From: an uncultured Gammaproteobacteria bacterium | Lineage (GTDB): Bacteria > Pseudomonadota > Gammaproteobacteria > CAWCPV01 | Direction: 5' to 3' | Length of the DNA stretch: 64,000 nucleotides | Assembly (NCBI GenBank): GCA_963797555.1 | Contig: CAWCPV010000016.1 | Location: 128,001 to 192,000, forward strand | Shown: positions 30,622 through 41,040 of the stretch, piece after piece | How positions within the stretch are numbered: the stretch's first letter is position 1 | How the letters are laid out: every line of letters starts with the position of its first letter | Notes under the pieces: model-generated | Told to the model about the DNA's origin: nothing | Databases searched by the model: none | What the model saw: the letters and a program-made list of their open reading frames with translations, nothing else | Made by a program: the position numbers and the translations under genes

Positions 30622-32685
30622 ATGAAAGGATGGACTCTACGTAAGAAAGGCTCTTTCGGAAATTGTGTGGGTCGCGGTGGTGAAGTAGCATCTGCCCTGA
30701 CTGGTCGCTTATCACAACATCTTGTGGTTGGGCTTGTGGGCTTGTGGGGTTGTGGGCGAGAGGCCCGCGAGTGTGGGCAACCGGGAGGTTGTCCACACGG
30801 TCCTTGGGACGCGGGCCGCTCCGCAGGACTCGTCCACAAATCCACAGGCCGTCATCCAAGGGGGGAGCACCGTGCGGCCCACGCATCTGTTTACCACGGC
30901 ACTGGGCCTGACAGCGCCTTGGGAGGTCACCGACGTGCGGTTCGACCCCGAGGCTGGGCGCATCGACCTCGAGGTGGCGTTTGCCAAGGGCAGCCGCTTT
31001 GCCTGCCCGGCCTGCGGAGTGCAAGGCCAGCCGGTGCACGACACCTGGGAGCGCAGTTGGCAGCACCTGAGCTTCTTTAAGTCACGGGCGTACCTGCACG
31101 CGCATCTGCCGCGGGTGCGCTGCGAGGCCTGCGGCAAGACGACCCAGGTCGAAGCGCCGTGGGCGCGCGCCCACAGTGGCTTCACGGCGCTGATGGAGGC
31201 GCTGGTGGTCACGCTGTGCCAGGCCATGCCGGTGGCGACCGTGGCTCGGCACCTGGGTGTGGGCGATGAGCGCCTGTGGGGGGTGCTCGATCACTACGTA
31301 GGCAGGGCCCATGCTCAGGAGGACCACTCGCAGGTGAGCGCTGTGGGCCTGGACGAGACCGCTGCCCGGCGTGAACAGCACTACATCAGCCTGTTCCATG
31401 ACCTCACGGGAAAACGCCTGCTGTTCGCCTGCGAGGGCCGCGACCAGAGCACCGTGGCGGCCTTCGCCGCCGACCTCAAGGCGCACGGCGGCGACCCGCA
31501 GGCCATCGAGCAGGTGTGCATCGACCTGTCCGGCGCCTACCGCGCCGGGGTGGCCAGGCACCTGCCCCAGGCCACGGTGAGCTTCGATGCCTTCCATGTG
31601 ATCAAGCTCGCCAACGAGGCGGTCGATGCGGTGCGCCGCCAGGAGATCAAGACCGAGCCCGCCCTCAGAGGCACCCGTTGGACCTGGCTCAAAGACGCCC
31701 ACGACTGGACCTGGGACCAGCTCACCGACTTCCACTGGCTCTCCCGCGCCGCCTCCAGACCGCCCGTGCCTGGCGCCTCAAGGAGGCGCTGCGCGATATC
31801 TACGCCACGGCCAGCACCCTCGAGCAGGCCGAGAGCGCCCTCGGGCGCTGGTATAGCTGGGCACGGCGTAGCCGCCTGCAGCCCATGAAACGCCTCGCCA
31901 CTACCCTGAAAGAGCACTGGAACGGCATCCTCGCCGCATTCCACTCGGGCCTCACCAACGGCCGCGCCGAGGGCATCAACTCCCTCATCCAGGCCGCCAA
32001 GGCCCGCGCCCGGGGCTACCGCACCACGCACTCGCTCATCACCATCGCCTACCTCATCGCCGGCAATCTCGCCCACCTGCCCGCCTCGCCGTTCAACACA
32101 CCCCTGGTGTCAAAGCTCGGGCAGATGCCGCTGCGGCATAAGCATGGCGACCCACACGATTCCGGGAAGAACCGTAAGAAAGCCTTGCCCATTCTGGGCA
32201 CCCTCGTCGGCGCCGTCACCGTGCATGCCGCGGCCTACGCCGGCACCCAGCCCCACGAGCCCCAAAAGCTGATGCCGGACTTCAGCACGGCGGACAGCAA
32301 CGCTGACGGCTATATCTCGCTGGAGGAGTTCAAGGCACAGAAGGGGGACGAGGGGGTCTTCCGCGAGGCGGACCTTGACCATGACATGCGGCTAGACCGA
32401 AAGGAGTACTTTGCAGCCCGCTCCATCGCGTGGCAACCAAAGCCGGACGAGTATTTCGACGATACCTGGATTACCGCCAAAGTGAAGGCCCTCTTGCTCA
32501 GACAGGACATCCTGAGCGCTCTGGACATCCATGTCGAGACCCGCAACGGTGTGGTCCAGCTCGCCGGCTTCGTGAAAAAGCCGGAACAGATCGCGCAGGC
32601 GGTGAGGGTTGCCGGCAGCGTCCGGGGCGTGAAGCGGGTACAGAACGACCTCCTGGTTGAAGATGCGGGACGACCCGCCGCCTAG
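30622..32685 (+). pseudogene. Secreted EF-hand + BON (OsmY-like) protein interrupted by ISL3
   Basis: Removing the IS and one target-site copy gives MKGWTLRKKALPILG...DSNADGYISLEE...DDTWITAKVK...VETRNGVVQLAG...GVKRVQNDL. Confidence 0.85.
30649..32173 (+). mobile_element. ISL3-family insertion sequence, complete ends
   Basis: IRs GGCTCTTTCGGAAATTGTGTGGGTCGC / GGTTCTTCCCGGAATCGTGTGGGTCGC; 8-bp TSD GTAAGAAA. Transposase starts at 30872 (CPACG, GLDET, FDAFHV, TNG.AEGIN) with a frameshift near 31750. Confidence 0.92.
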
Positions 32686-33073
32686 AAAGGTCGGCCACTC
32701 CCCCTATGGCTGGCGCCAGAAGCATTGTCTGGGCGGCGGCTTGGAGACCGGAAACAAGTGGTTTACCGACCATGAATCGCAACGTTCTCAAACCGAGGTG
32801 GAAGCAGGCTCTCAACTGGATCACCCGCCTCCGGGGTAGTGCGACCGGCGGCGAACTGCATCCGATACGCGCCCCGCGGCACGGGCCGACAGTGCCGCTG
32901 CTGCACCACCCATGCCGCCGCACGAAAGCGCCGGAACCCCGGCTAGACCGTCTGTCTGCCGCGAAGTGGGCGACGACGACGTTGGCGGACTCTCCAGGGG
33001 GTCTGACGTTAATTACTCTGTCCGGTTGACGACAACTAGAATGGCCGCTCTGTAGTGTAGGCGGTAGTTGTCG

Positions 33074-33839
33074 TCAGCTCTTGTTCGATACCTCCTGGTT
33101 GCGGGTTGCTTGGCGCTTTCGGTAGCTCTGCCCGTTGAGTTCGATGATGTGGGCATGGTGGACGAGCCGGTCGATGGCGGCGACGGCCATCATGTTGTCG
33201 GGGAAGATCGCATCCCACTCGCTGAAGGGGTGGTTGCTGGTGATCAGGAGACTGCCGCTCTCGTAGCGGTGGGCGATGAGCTCGAAGAGCACGGAGCTTT
33301 CCATCTCGGTGCGCTTGACGTAGCCGATGTCATCGAGGACGAGCAGCGGGTACTTGTCGAGCTTGGCGAGCGCATCGCTGAGCCTGAGGGCCTGTTTGGC
33401 GGTTTGAAGCTCCTGGACGAGGCTGGTTGCCGAGGCGAAACGCACCCGCACCCCTTGGCTGATGAGCCCGTGCCCAATGGCTGCGGCGAGAATGGGTTTT
33501 GCCGACGCCGGAGGGCCCGAAGAGCAGGAGGTTGTCGGTGCGCTCGACCCAGGTGGCATCCTCGGCGAGCTGCACGATCTGCTGGCGGTTCAGCCCGGCG
33601 CTGGCCGTGAAGTCGAAGTGCTGGAGCGTCTTGCCCGCGGGCAGGCGGGCATCGTTGAGGTGGCGCTCCAGGCGCCGCCGCTCGCGTTCGGCGAGCTCGT
33701 GCTCGCAGAGCGCGGCGAGATAGTCGGCGAGGCTCCAGTGGTGCTCGAGGGCCCGGGTTTGCAGCGGTTGATACAGCCGTGCCATGGTCGGCAGGCGCAG
33801 CTCCCTGAGCAGCAGGGGCAAGGTGGCGGCGTTAGCCAT
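33074..33839 (-). pseudogene. istB: IS21 helper ATPase IstB, frameshift near 33490
   Basis: GPSGVGKTH Walker A, LLVLDDIGY, ITSN, AAIDRLVHH. Confidence 0.88.
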
Positions 33840-35361
33840 GGCACACCTCCTCGGCGGCACTGCGGTGGGTGGCGGGCAGGAGCGCGTCATAGTCGGCCAG
33901 CGGGTGCTGAGCAGTGGCGCCGAGAGGGAGCGTCGCGGGGGCTGGCGGTGCGAAGCGTTGTTGCAGGGCGCTGAGCGTGGGCGATAGGCCTCGCTCCAGG
34001 GCGGCCAGCCAGTGGGTCCCCAGGGCCTCCTGGCACTCGTGCTCGGCGGCGAGCTTGAGTGCGCCGACCATGCGCTTGCAGGCGTCGGCGGGCGCAAGGG
34101 TAGCGTCCAGATGCTGCCAGATACGCTGATAGGTGGCATCCGGAAGCAGGGCGTCGCGGTACTGGAGCCGATAGAAGGCGCGGGGCTTCTTCACCAGCCA
34201 TCCCACGAGATGGCGATAGTCGATGCGGCTCGCCCGGCGCTTGCCCGGGGCCGGGTAGACCCGCGGGAGGATGAGCAGGGCCTCGGTGCCGAGGAACAGC
34301 TCCAGGCGGGCGTCATAGAGGTGCACCCGCAGGCGCTCGCCGATGAGCCGCGCGGGGACCGAGTAGACCACCAAGCGCACGGTGATGGTGCTGGCGGTGG
34401 TGACCTTCACCCACAGCTCGGTGTAGTCGGCCGCGAAGGTCACCGGCAGGGGCCGCAGATGGGGGCGCTCGGCCTCGATGGCGGTGGCGTTACGCCGGTT
34501 GACGGCGGCGGTGACGGTGTCGAGAAAGTCCTGGTAGGACGCCACCGAGGGGAACTCGGCACTGCCCCGGGCCAGAAGGCGCTGCACGATACGGCGCTTC
34601 AAATGCCCGTGGGGTGACTCGATGCTGCCGTTCTCGTGGCAGGCCCCGGGGTTGTTGCGCGTCGGCCTCATCCCATAATGGGCGCAGAGCGCCGCGTAGC
34701 GCGCCGCAAGGTCGTGCTGGGCCTCAGCCGAGAGGTTCTTGAACGCCGCCGAGAGGCTGTCAGTGCGGTGCTCGGCCGGTGCACCGCCCAGGCGCAGCAG
34801 CGCCTGGCTGAGCCCCTCGGCGAGCGCCGTGAAGCTCTCCCCGCCCAGCACCACCCGCACCGTGCACCAGCCGCTGTAGGCCAGGCGGAAATGGTAGAGG
34901 CGGTGGGCGAGCGGCTCGCCGGCGATGGTGACGGTGACGTCCTTGAGCACGGTGAAATCCGACAAACCCCGCAGTCCCGGGACCTGCTGCTGTGGGAACA
35001 TCACCTCCTTCTCGGGTCCATGCGCCGCCCGCCAGGCCTTCACCCGGCGCTGCAAGGTGCGCAATAGCTTGTCCGGGTACTGGCCCGGATGGCGCTCCTG
35101 GAGCCCTTCCAAGAGCGTCAGCGCGTGCAGTGCCGGGGTGTGCTCAAGCAGTGGGACCAGCTCGCTGTCCCACACGGTGTCAAAGGGGTCGCGGCGCGTT
35201 CGATACCGCCGCGCGCCCCGCGGTGCTCGACGCTCGTCCCGCTCGTCAAGACGGCGCGCCGTGCGCTCCGAGAAACCCGCCTTGGCGGCGGCGGTTACTT
35301 GGTTCTTACCTGCGGTTCTCTGTGACATATAGACCTTGACCTGTTGCGGTGTGACGGCCAT
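33832..35361 (-). CDS. istA: IS21 transposase IstA
   Basis: RTRRDPF, LSDFT, HRTDSLSAA, HENGSIE, YSVPARLIG. Confidence 0.9.
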   Translation of the reverse strand: MAVTPQQVKVYMSQRTAGKNQVTAAAKAGFSERTARRLDERDERRAPRGARRYRTRRDPFDTVWDSELVPLLEHTPALHALTLLEGLQERHPGQYPDKLLRTLQRRVKAWRAAHGPEKEVMFPQQQVPGLRGLSDFTVLKDVTVTIAGEPLAHRLYHFRLAYSGWCTVRVVLGGESFTALAEGLSQALLRLGGAPAEHRTDSLSAAFKNLSAEAQHDLAARYAALCAHYGMRPTRNNPGACHENGSIESPHGHLKRRIVQRLLARGSAEFPSVASYQDFLDTVTAAVNRRNATAIEAERPHLRPLPVTFAADYTELWVKVTTASTITVRLVVYSVPARLIGERLRVHLYDARLELFLGTEALLILPRVYPAPGKRRASRIDYRHLVGWLVKKPRAFYRLQYRDALLPDATYQRIWQHLDATLAPADACKRMVGALKLAAEHECQEALGTHWLAALERGLSPTLSALQQRFAPPAPATLPLGATAQHPLADYDALLPATHRSAAEEVCHG

Positions 35362-35460
35362 CCCTCCCCCCGAAGCATCGGATGTCAGAACGCCGCCAGT
35401 GTGGCCGATCAACCGGACAAAGTAGTTGTCGCCAACCGGTCAACGTAATTGTCGCTCTAT

Positions 35461-36832
35461 AGTCCACCCTGGCGTGCTTGCCGCATCGCGCATACGCCTC
35501 AACGGTCGATATAGCCGCTTACCCTTATCCATATAAGGACCCCTACATCGCCACGACAACCGCATCCATCATGAAATGGCGCAGCAATCCCTCGCAGGAG
35601 GATGCTGTTACCAGGAGAAGTCTCGAAATCAAGGTATTGGATTACCGGAATGACATTTATCTGTTGGAGGGAATGGGAAGACTCCGGTTCCAGTTCTACC
35701 AACAGAAAACTCCGGCACCGCTGATATTCATTGTCCCCGGCCTCGGCGCCTCCGCTTTCTCCGGGTCCGCGTCCTATGTCGGGGAATTGCTCGCTGACCA
35801 CGGGTTTCACGTCCTCATTCTCCCTTCCCCTTTCAACTGGAATTTTGCGCTGGCAGCGAGCCGCTCGGGAGTCCCTGGTTTCACGAAGGAGGACAGCGAA
35901 GACCTGTACTCGGCGATGCAGCTAACCCTGGGTTACGTCGGGGAGCACTATCATGCGCAGATTGACCGAATCGGGCTCCTCGGTCTGAGCGACGGGGCAC
36001 TCTATGCCGCATACCTCAGCAAACTGGATTCCAAGCTAAAGCAACTCCACATCGCTACCTACCTATTGGTGAACTCGCCGGTCGACCTGATGGAAGCAAT
36101 CGGCAAAAATCGACGAGATGTCGAGGCTTGCGGAGAAGTTTGGAGCCGAACAGACGGCACGTATAGAGGCCTATGCCGTGGGGGTGGTGATGGCAGCCCT
36201 CAGCAACGAATCTGACAGTCCATTTAGCGACCCAGATTACTTCGCTCATTGGGACAAGCGCTTCCGGCTCACAGACGAGGAGATCCAATACCTGTTCGGA
36301 AAAGAGCTGGAGCTGCCCGTGGGAGACGTGATATACGTGCACGCTCTGGTCCATCCTACAGGCTTGCTGCGGACCTCCATCAGCGACGAACACCGCAACG
36401 ATCGCTTCAATGAAGCTCACTCATATACTCTGATGGACTATGTGAAGGTATTTCTCATGCCTAGACTGCAGCAAGTAGCGGGTGAGCCAGCCGACACTCA
36501 GGCGTTGAATCTTCACTTCTCGCTAAAAGGGGGTGGAGAGCACGCTGATGAGAAACAAGAACATCTTTGTCATGCACAATTTAGACGACTTTCTGGCTTC
36601 CCGTGCAGACCTTGAGTATCTGGAGGGGGTGCTGGGCGACCGGCTGAAGCTTTATCCGTATGGCGGCCACTTGGGTAACCTCTGGTGCCCGCAGAATAGA
36701 CGGGACATCGTAAGCGTCTTCAGGCCGCTGTTGAGACCCGGTGAGAGCCAACCCACTATGCCATCGGGCTTATTATATTCGTCATTGCACCCAGCGGGCC
36801 TAGCTGGAGCTTGTGTCCCCGAGAGGGGTTGA
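35461..36832 (+). pseudogene. Secreted alpha/beta hydrolase, 5'-clipped by IS21, two frameshifts
   Basis: YPYKDPYIAT, PLIFIVPGLG, GLSDG, HNLDD, YPYGGHLGN. Confidence 0.7.
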
Positions 36833-36852
36833 GCTGGGTTGAGCCCGTGTCG

Positions 36853-38044
36853 TTATACACATCTCGGGCTCTGTGAGGCCCGTTGTGCGTCCATGGCGAG
36901 CACGAAGTCGCGGGTTCGCTGCAGCCCGATCCACAGGCTTTGCGGACCCGGGAAGCCGTCGCCCTTGCGATTGAGGAAGCCGCCGAAGCTCGCCACCATA
37001 CGCACCATCGCATCGAGCGAGGGGGGTGTCTCAGGCGGGGGCTGGCGCTTGGTGACGATATACACCGCGCGCCATTCCTCCTCGGCGAACACCACGTTGC
37101 AGGGCATCTGCGGGCAGTCGCGCCCGAGCAGGGTGAGGTAGAGCACCCGCCAGGCGATGATGAGGTAGAAGGCGAGCGCGGGCTCCAGGCGTTCGAAGGT
37201 CTCGAGCTGCAGCTTCTCGATGCGGCAGCCGCTTTTGAGGATCTTGAAGAACACCTCGATTTGCCACCGGCAGAGGTACCTTGGAGCTTCTCCAGGGCCT
37301 GCTCGGCGGTCTCGACGGGGAGGCTGGTGAGGAGCAGCCACTCGATGGGCTCCTCGCCCTGGGGCGGGTCCACCTCGCGGGCCAGCACGGCGCTCACCTC
37401 GATGTCCGCCAGGGTGCGGTCCGAGCGATGCGGGGCCTTGAAAGTGAGGCGTGCGACGCGCAGTTGCTGGTGGATGCACCGCGCCGGACGCCTAGCGGTG
37501 GCGGGCAGGTCGAATTCGGCCTCGGCCAGCACCGGCGTAGAGGTCGGCCTCGCGGTCGGCGACATAGACCAACCGGGTCTCGGGCAGGGACTCGATGAGC
37601 TCCGAGACGCGTCGATAACCCTCCAGCCAACGCAGGCTCTCTTTTTCCTCGATGGGCCGGCGGCCCCCAAGGGCACCCGCTCGGGGTCACGGCGAGGGTG
37701 GGGTGCAGGTACAATCCACGGCGGGTCTCGTAGTTGAGCGGGCCCAGCCCGACGATGTCGTTCTTGCCGCTATAGTCCCCTTCCGTGGTGTCTTGGATGC
37801 ACAGCACCACCGAGTATTCGCGCATACGCTGCTCGGTGCAGGCGTAATGGGGCTCGAGCACCGCCTGGGCGGTGACCTGGTCGAACAGCCGATAAGCCGC
37901 CAAGGTCTCGGCCCAGCCGCCACAGGCGGTGGGAATGCTCTGCATGGGATGGGCTCCCAGCTTCTCCAGGGTGCGTCGCGCCCGGCGGTTGAGGCGCGCA
38001 TCACCCAAGTCGATGGCGGCCAGCTCCTCGGCCAGGGCATTCAT
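36853..38044 (-). pseudogene. IS4/Tn5-like transposase, frameshifted
   Basis: LGDARLNRR, IQDTTE, EWLLLT, Y..RWQIE.FFKILKSGCRIE, GGFLNRK.DG.PG. Confidence 0.88.
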
Positions 38045-38894
38045 GCGGCTCCCCCGAGCGCCCGGCGAAAGCGGCCATCGAGCGGATACACATAGACATC
38101 CTTGATGGGCAGCGCCTCACGGTGGTCTGCCCCAGATGATGCCAGTTGGCCGCCCGGTAGCAGGTGCCCGCGAACCGGCCGGCCTCGACAAAGGTCTCCA
38201 GCAGCACCGGGCGTACCCCGTAGCGCTCTTCGAACTCGCCCGGCACCTGCCGCGCGGCCCGCCCGAGGACCTTGGAGGCCAGGTTCGCCACCCGCACCCA
38301 CGGCAGAATGAGAAACCGCGCATGGTTCAGCACCTGCCCCAGGTGCTGCGCACGGCTTGGCGCATCCCAGCCAATCCAGCGGTCGCGCACGCCCACCTTC
38401 CAGGCCGCGGCCCCGAAGCCCATGGCCCCCACCACACCCGCGTCCCAGCGAATCAGATAGCGCAGCTGGGCACCGGGCAGCGGCCGGTAGCCCAAATAAT
38501 GGTACCGGTCGATGAGCCCATTCCACAGCGCCGAGTCCGCCGGGTCAGCAACCGGCGCCAAGTGCAGACCCTGCAAATCCCGCACTGCGCCCACCACCGG
38601 TACCTCAGCGGGCCAATCTTGCGGCTCGCGCGACAGCCCCTTCCCATTGCCGTTACCGTTGCGCGGCGCCGGCAGCTCAATCCAGCCTGCCCGATGCAGC
38701 CGCAGCAGCCCGACTCGACAGCTCATCAGCTTGGGCCTACCGGCTGCATCGGTCCACCCCAGCACCCGACACACCCGCCGCGCCACCTCGGCTCGCACTC
38801 GGGGCTCCGCCAGCCGAGCCTCCCGCCGTATGCTCTCAAGCTCCCCTGCGCTCAGCACGCGCCCACCCAACCACCTCGGCAACCCCTTCTCCAT
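38041..38894 (-). pseudogene. DUF4338 domain protein
   Basis: HYLGYRPLPGAQLRYL, RDRWIGW, RFLILPWV, LLETFV, GTCYRAANW..LG.T; frameshift near the 3' end. Confidence 0.85.
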
Positions 38895-39003
38895 CTGCTC
38901 CCCCTCGTCACCTGGTGAACGATGGGGGCATTGAATCAGCTTCCGGGGGCTGTGTCCAGAGGGGCAGCAGCCCTAGCTACGGGGAGATGTGTATAACGCC
39001 ATG

Positions 39004-39187
39004 ACCACTACCCGAAGCTTGCGCAGCGGATGCTCCCGCGGTATCCGGGCCTCCAGTGTGCGGTAACTGAACAGCGCTGCTTGCGTGATGTCGGCGCCTC
39101 GCATCGGCTCCCCCCTCGGCGGTGCTCGCCAGATGCGCGCATTATCCCATAGGCCTACTACGGTGTGCGGAGTTTTTCAACATCCTG
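39004..39187 (-). mobile_element. IS5-family left end plus transposase N-terminus, truncated by the IS4 element
   Basis: IR CAGGATGTTGAAAAA; ATG at 39104 gives MRGADITQAALFSYRTLEARIPREHPLRKLR. Confidence 0.75.
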
Positions 39188-39190
39188 TTA

Positions 39191-39464
39191 AGGCGCGTTT
39201 CCGCTACTGCGACCCCGGCTGTCGCTGCCTTCCGCAAAGTTGCAGCCACTCGCAGTGCTGTGAACCATTCTCCGAAGAGCGTAGTGCGGGAAATCTGCTC
39301 GCTACGTTCTGTGGGAGCCGGAGGCGGGTGACCGCCTCTGGCGACCCGGTACCGGGGACGAGCCAACGTACGGTTGAGATATTGTGGCACCGCCGGGAAA
39401 CCAGGCGGCCAACGGAGAACACCAACTTCAACCTACCCGCTGGTAAGGCCCCGGTCTACTCTCC
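39191..39464 (+). ncRNA. Group II intron 3' remnant (domains V-VI) followed by a second intron's domain VI
   Basis: RT-like tail FPLLRPRLSLP...AVL*. Domain V GAGCGTAGTGCGGGAAATCTGCTCGCTACGTTC at 39277-39309, domain VI ending GACCCGGT at 39350, then ACCGGGG...CCCCGGTCTACTCTCC. Confidence 0.7.
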
Positions 39465-40132
39465 GATGGATTGTGTGGAGAGAGAACTCGAGAATGAATC
39501 TGCTGCGCGTCCCGTGGCGGCGTTGCGCGGTGCCCGCTCCTCGCCTATCGGCTTGACGCGTCTGGTCGCCGCGCTCGGTGCGTCCCGCTCTCGGGCCGTT
39601 CCAGAATGTCGCGCCAGTCAATCTCGTCCGGGGCGAGGGATACCGCCGTCCGAGACCCCTGCCTGAAATCCCAAAGTCCGAGGTTGTTAAAGGAAGCGAA
39701 GGCACGGAAAAATCCACCCCGCCCGACACTCCAAAATCCACCTTTTTACGCGGCTCTATTAGGCAAAATAGTGGCTCCAAGGGGACGGACGGTGACACCT
39801 TCTGGCGTGGCGTTGGATCGGGTCAGCGGCAGCCTGAAGTTGTGGATAATGGGATGGGCCGCAGGGCCCTCGTTCGCGCTAAGGCTTTCGGTCGAGGCGA
39901 TATGGTATCGACGGGCGGCGGCACGGTGGCTATCATTAGTAGCGCTACCGGTCGGTCGGACGGTGGCTCGATCGCTTGCCCGTGATGTACATCACTCACT
40001 CGAGATCGCCAGAGCGGATAACGACAGTGTCCTAAACGGTGGGTCCGCAACGGGAACAGTCTGCACCCGCGGATGTCTTGTAGAGGGTAGGCTGGTCTGG
40101 TCGTCCATTTGTCAGTTGAATAAGGAGACTCT

Positions 40133-40381
40133 ATGCAACATCGTAGCTTCAGTGCTTACCTCCGCACCCTTTCTGACGACGAGCTCCTCGCGTTGCGGCG
40201 CCGGGCAGCCGCGGAGATAGCAAACCGGAGGGCTCACGGGAGTCGGGAGCAGGAGAACCTACGGAGGCAGTGGGAAGACTTGGCAAAGAGGGCGGGACTG
40301 ACGAAGGAGGAATGGACCACCCTGCTTGGGCCAGCGAAGCCGGACGCAGTGCCAATTGCAGACCGCACCGATTCCACATGA
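40133..40381 (+). CDS. H-NS-like oligomerisation-domain-only protein
   Basis: TAAGGAG RBS; LRTLSDDELLAL...EI..R...LAKRAGLT.EE; no C-terminal TWTGRG DNA-binding motif. Confidence 0.5.
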   Translation: MQHRSFSAYLRTLSDDELLALRRRAAAEIANRRAHGSREQENLRRQWEDLAKRAGLTKEEWTTLLGPAKPDAVPIADRTDST

Positions 40382-40689
40382 TGGATGCGCAGATACGCTG
40401 GGATTCCCACCAAGAGTCCGAGTAGGCGCTCGCTTTTTCCCTCCCGGGCCATAACGCGATGGATGTCCGCCGCATGCTCGGCCAGATCGAGGTGCGGAGT
40501 GGCGCCTTCTTTGGGCACGGTCGGAACCCCAGGCCGTCGCCTCCCGTCTCAGCGACGCCGCCGACGGCCAGACTCGGATTCAGAGGCAGAGGCGATCCGC
40601 GCCGAGCGGATACGGGAAACCCGTACAGTCCATGCGTGCTTGAGGTCACTGAAGGCGCACCGATGCTGTTCGCACGGTTAGGCGAGCCC

Positions 40690-40900
40690 GCTCGACGCGA
40701 GCGCTTGGCGTCCAGGATCGACTCGTACGCCTTCATGCACTTCTTCGTACTCCACTCTGCGCCACAGCCTCTCGACAAAAGACGTTATCGATCCAGCGCC
40801 CGCGTCCGTCCATACTGATGCGGATGCCATGAGCCAAGGAGCACGCTCGTGAAATCTTTGTCGGTGAACTGGTTGCCCAGACGGATCTTCCCCCGAGGAT
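40690..40900 (-). pseudogene. IS3-family transposase fragment
   Basis: GIRISMDGRGRWIDNVF / VERLWRRVEYEEV. Confidence 0.75.
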
Positions 40901-41040
40901 CTCACTTCGAAGCGGCGTGAAAGCTGCTGGCTGAGCGGGCTTCAGGGTATTTTCGTACATCATCATGTACCCATGTAATTGGTCGATATCGTCAGGTATA
41001 TCTGTTGACATGTTGGTAAGTATGTGAAATAGTAGTGGCC

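Larger units (their letters stand above)
33001..35460 (-). mobile_element. IS21-family element (istAB)
   Basis: Imperfect terminal IRs containing AATTAC...CCGGTTG.CGACAACT at both ends. Exact ends approximate. Confidence 0.85.
36846..39003 (-). mobile_element. IS4-family (IS50/Tn5-like) element carrying DUF4338 plus transposase
   Basis: 19-bp IRs CGTGTCGTTATACACATCT / CATGGCGTTATACACATCT. No TSD seen. Confidence 0.85.

Noticed and set aside
30722-30850. TGTGG/CCACA short repeats
   Set aside because: Internal to the ISL3 left end, so not an independent feature.
38041-38894. DUF4338 as part of a Druantia system
   Set aside because: No DruE helicase or other dru genes; the gene lies inside an IS.
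36846-39003. AGATGTGTATAA motifs resembling Nextera/Tn5 adapter contamination
   Set aside because: The outer bases differ from the mosaic end, and the pair flanks an IS4 transposase as inverted repeats.
24181-39464. The intron 5' fragment and 3' fragment as one giant intron
   Set aside because: They are on opposite strands, point away from each other, and no RT gene is present.
39650-39780. Possible IS/MITE end (GAGACCCCTG...TTTTTACGCGGCTCT)
   Set aside because: The inverted-repeat match is too weak and there is no second copy in the window.
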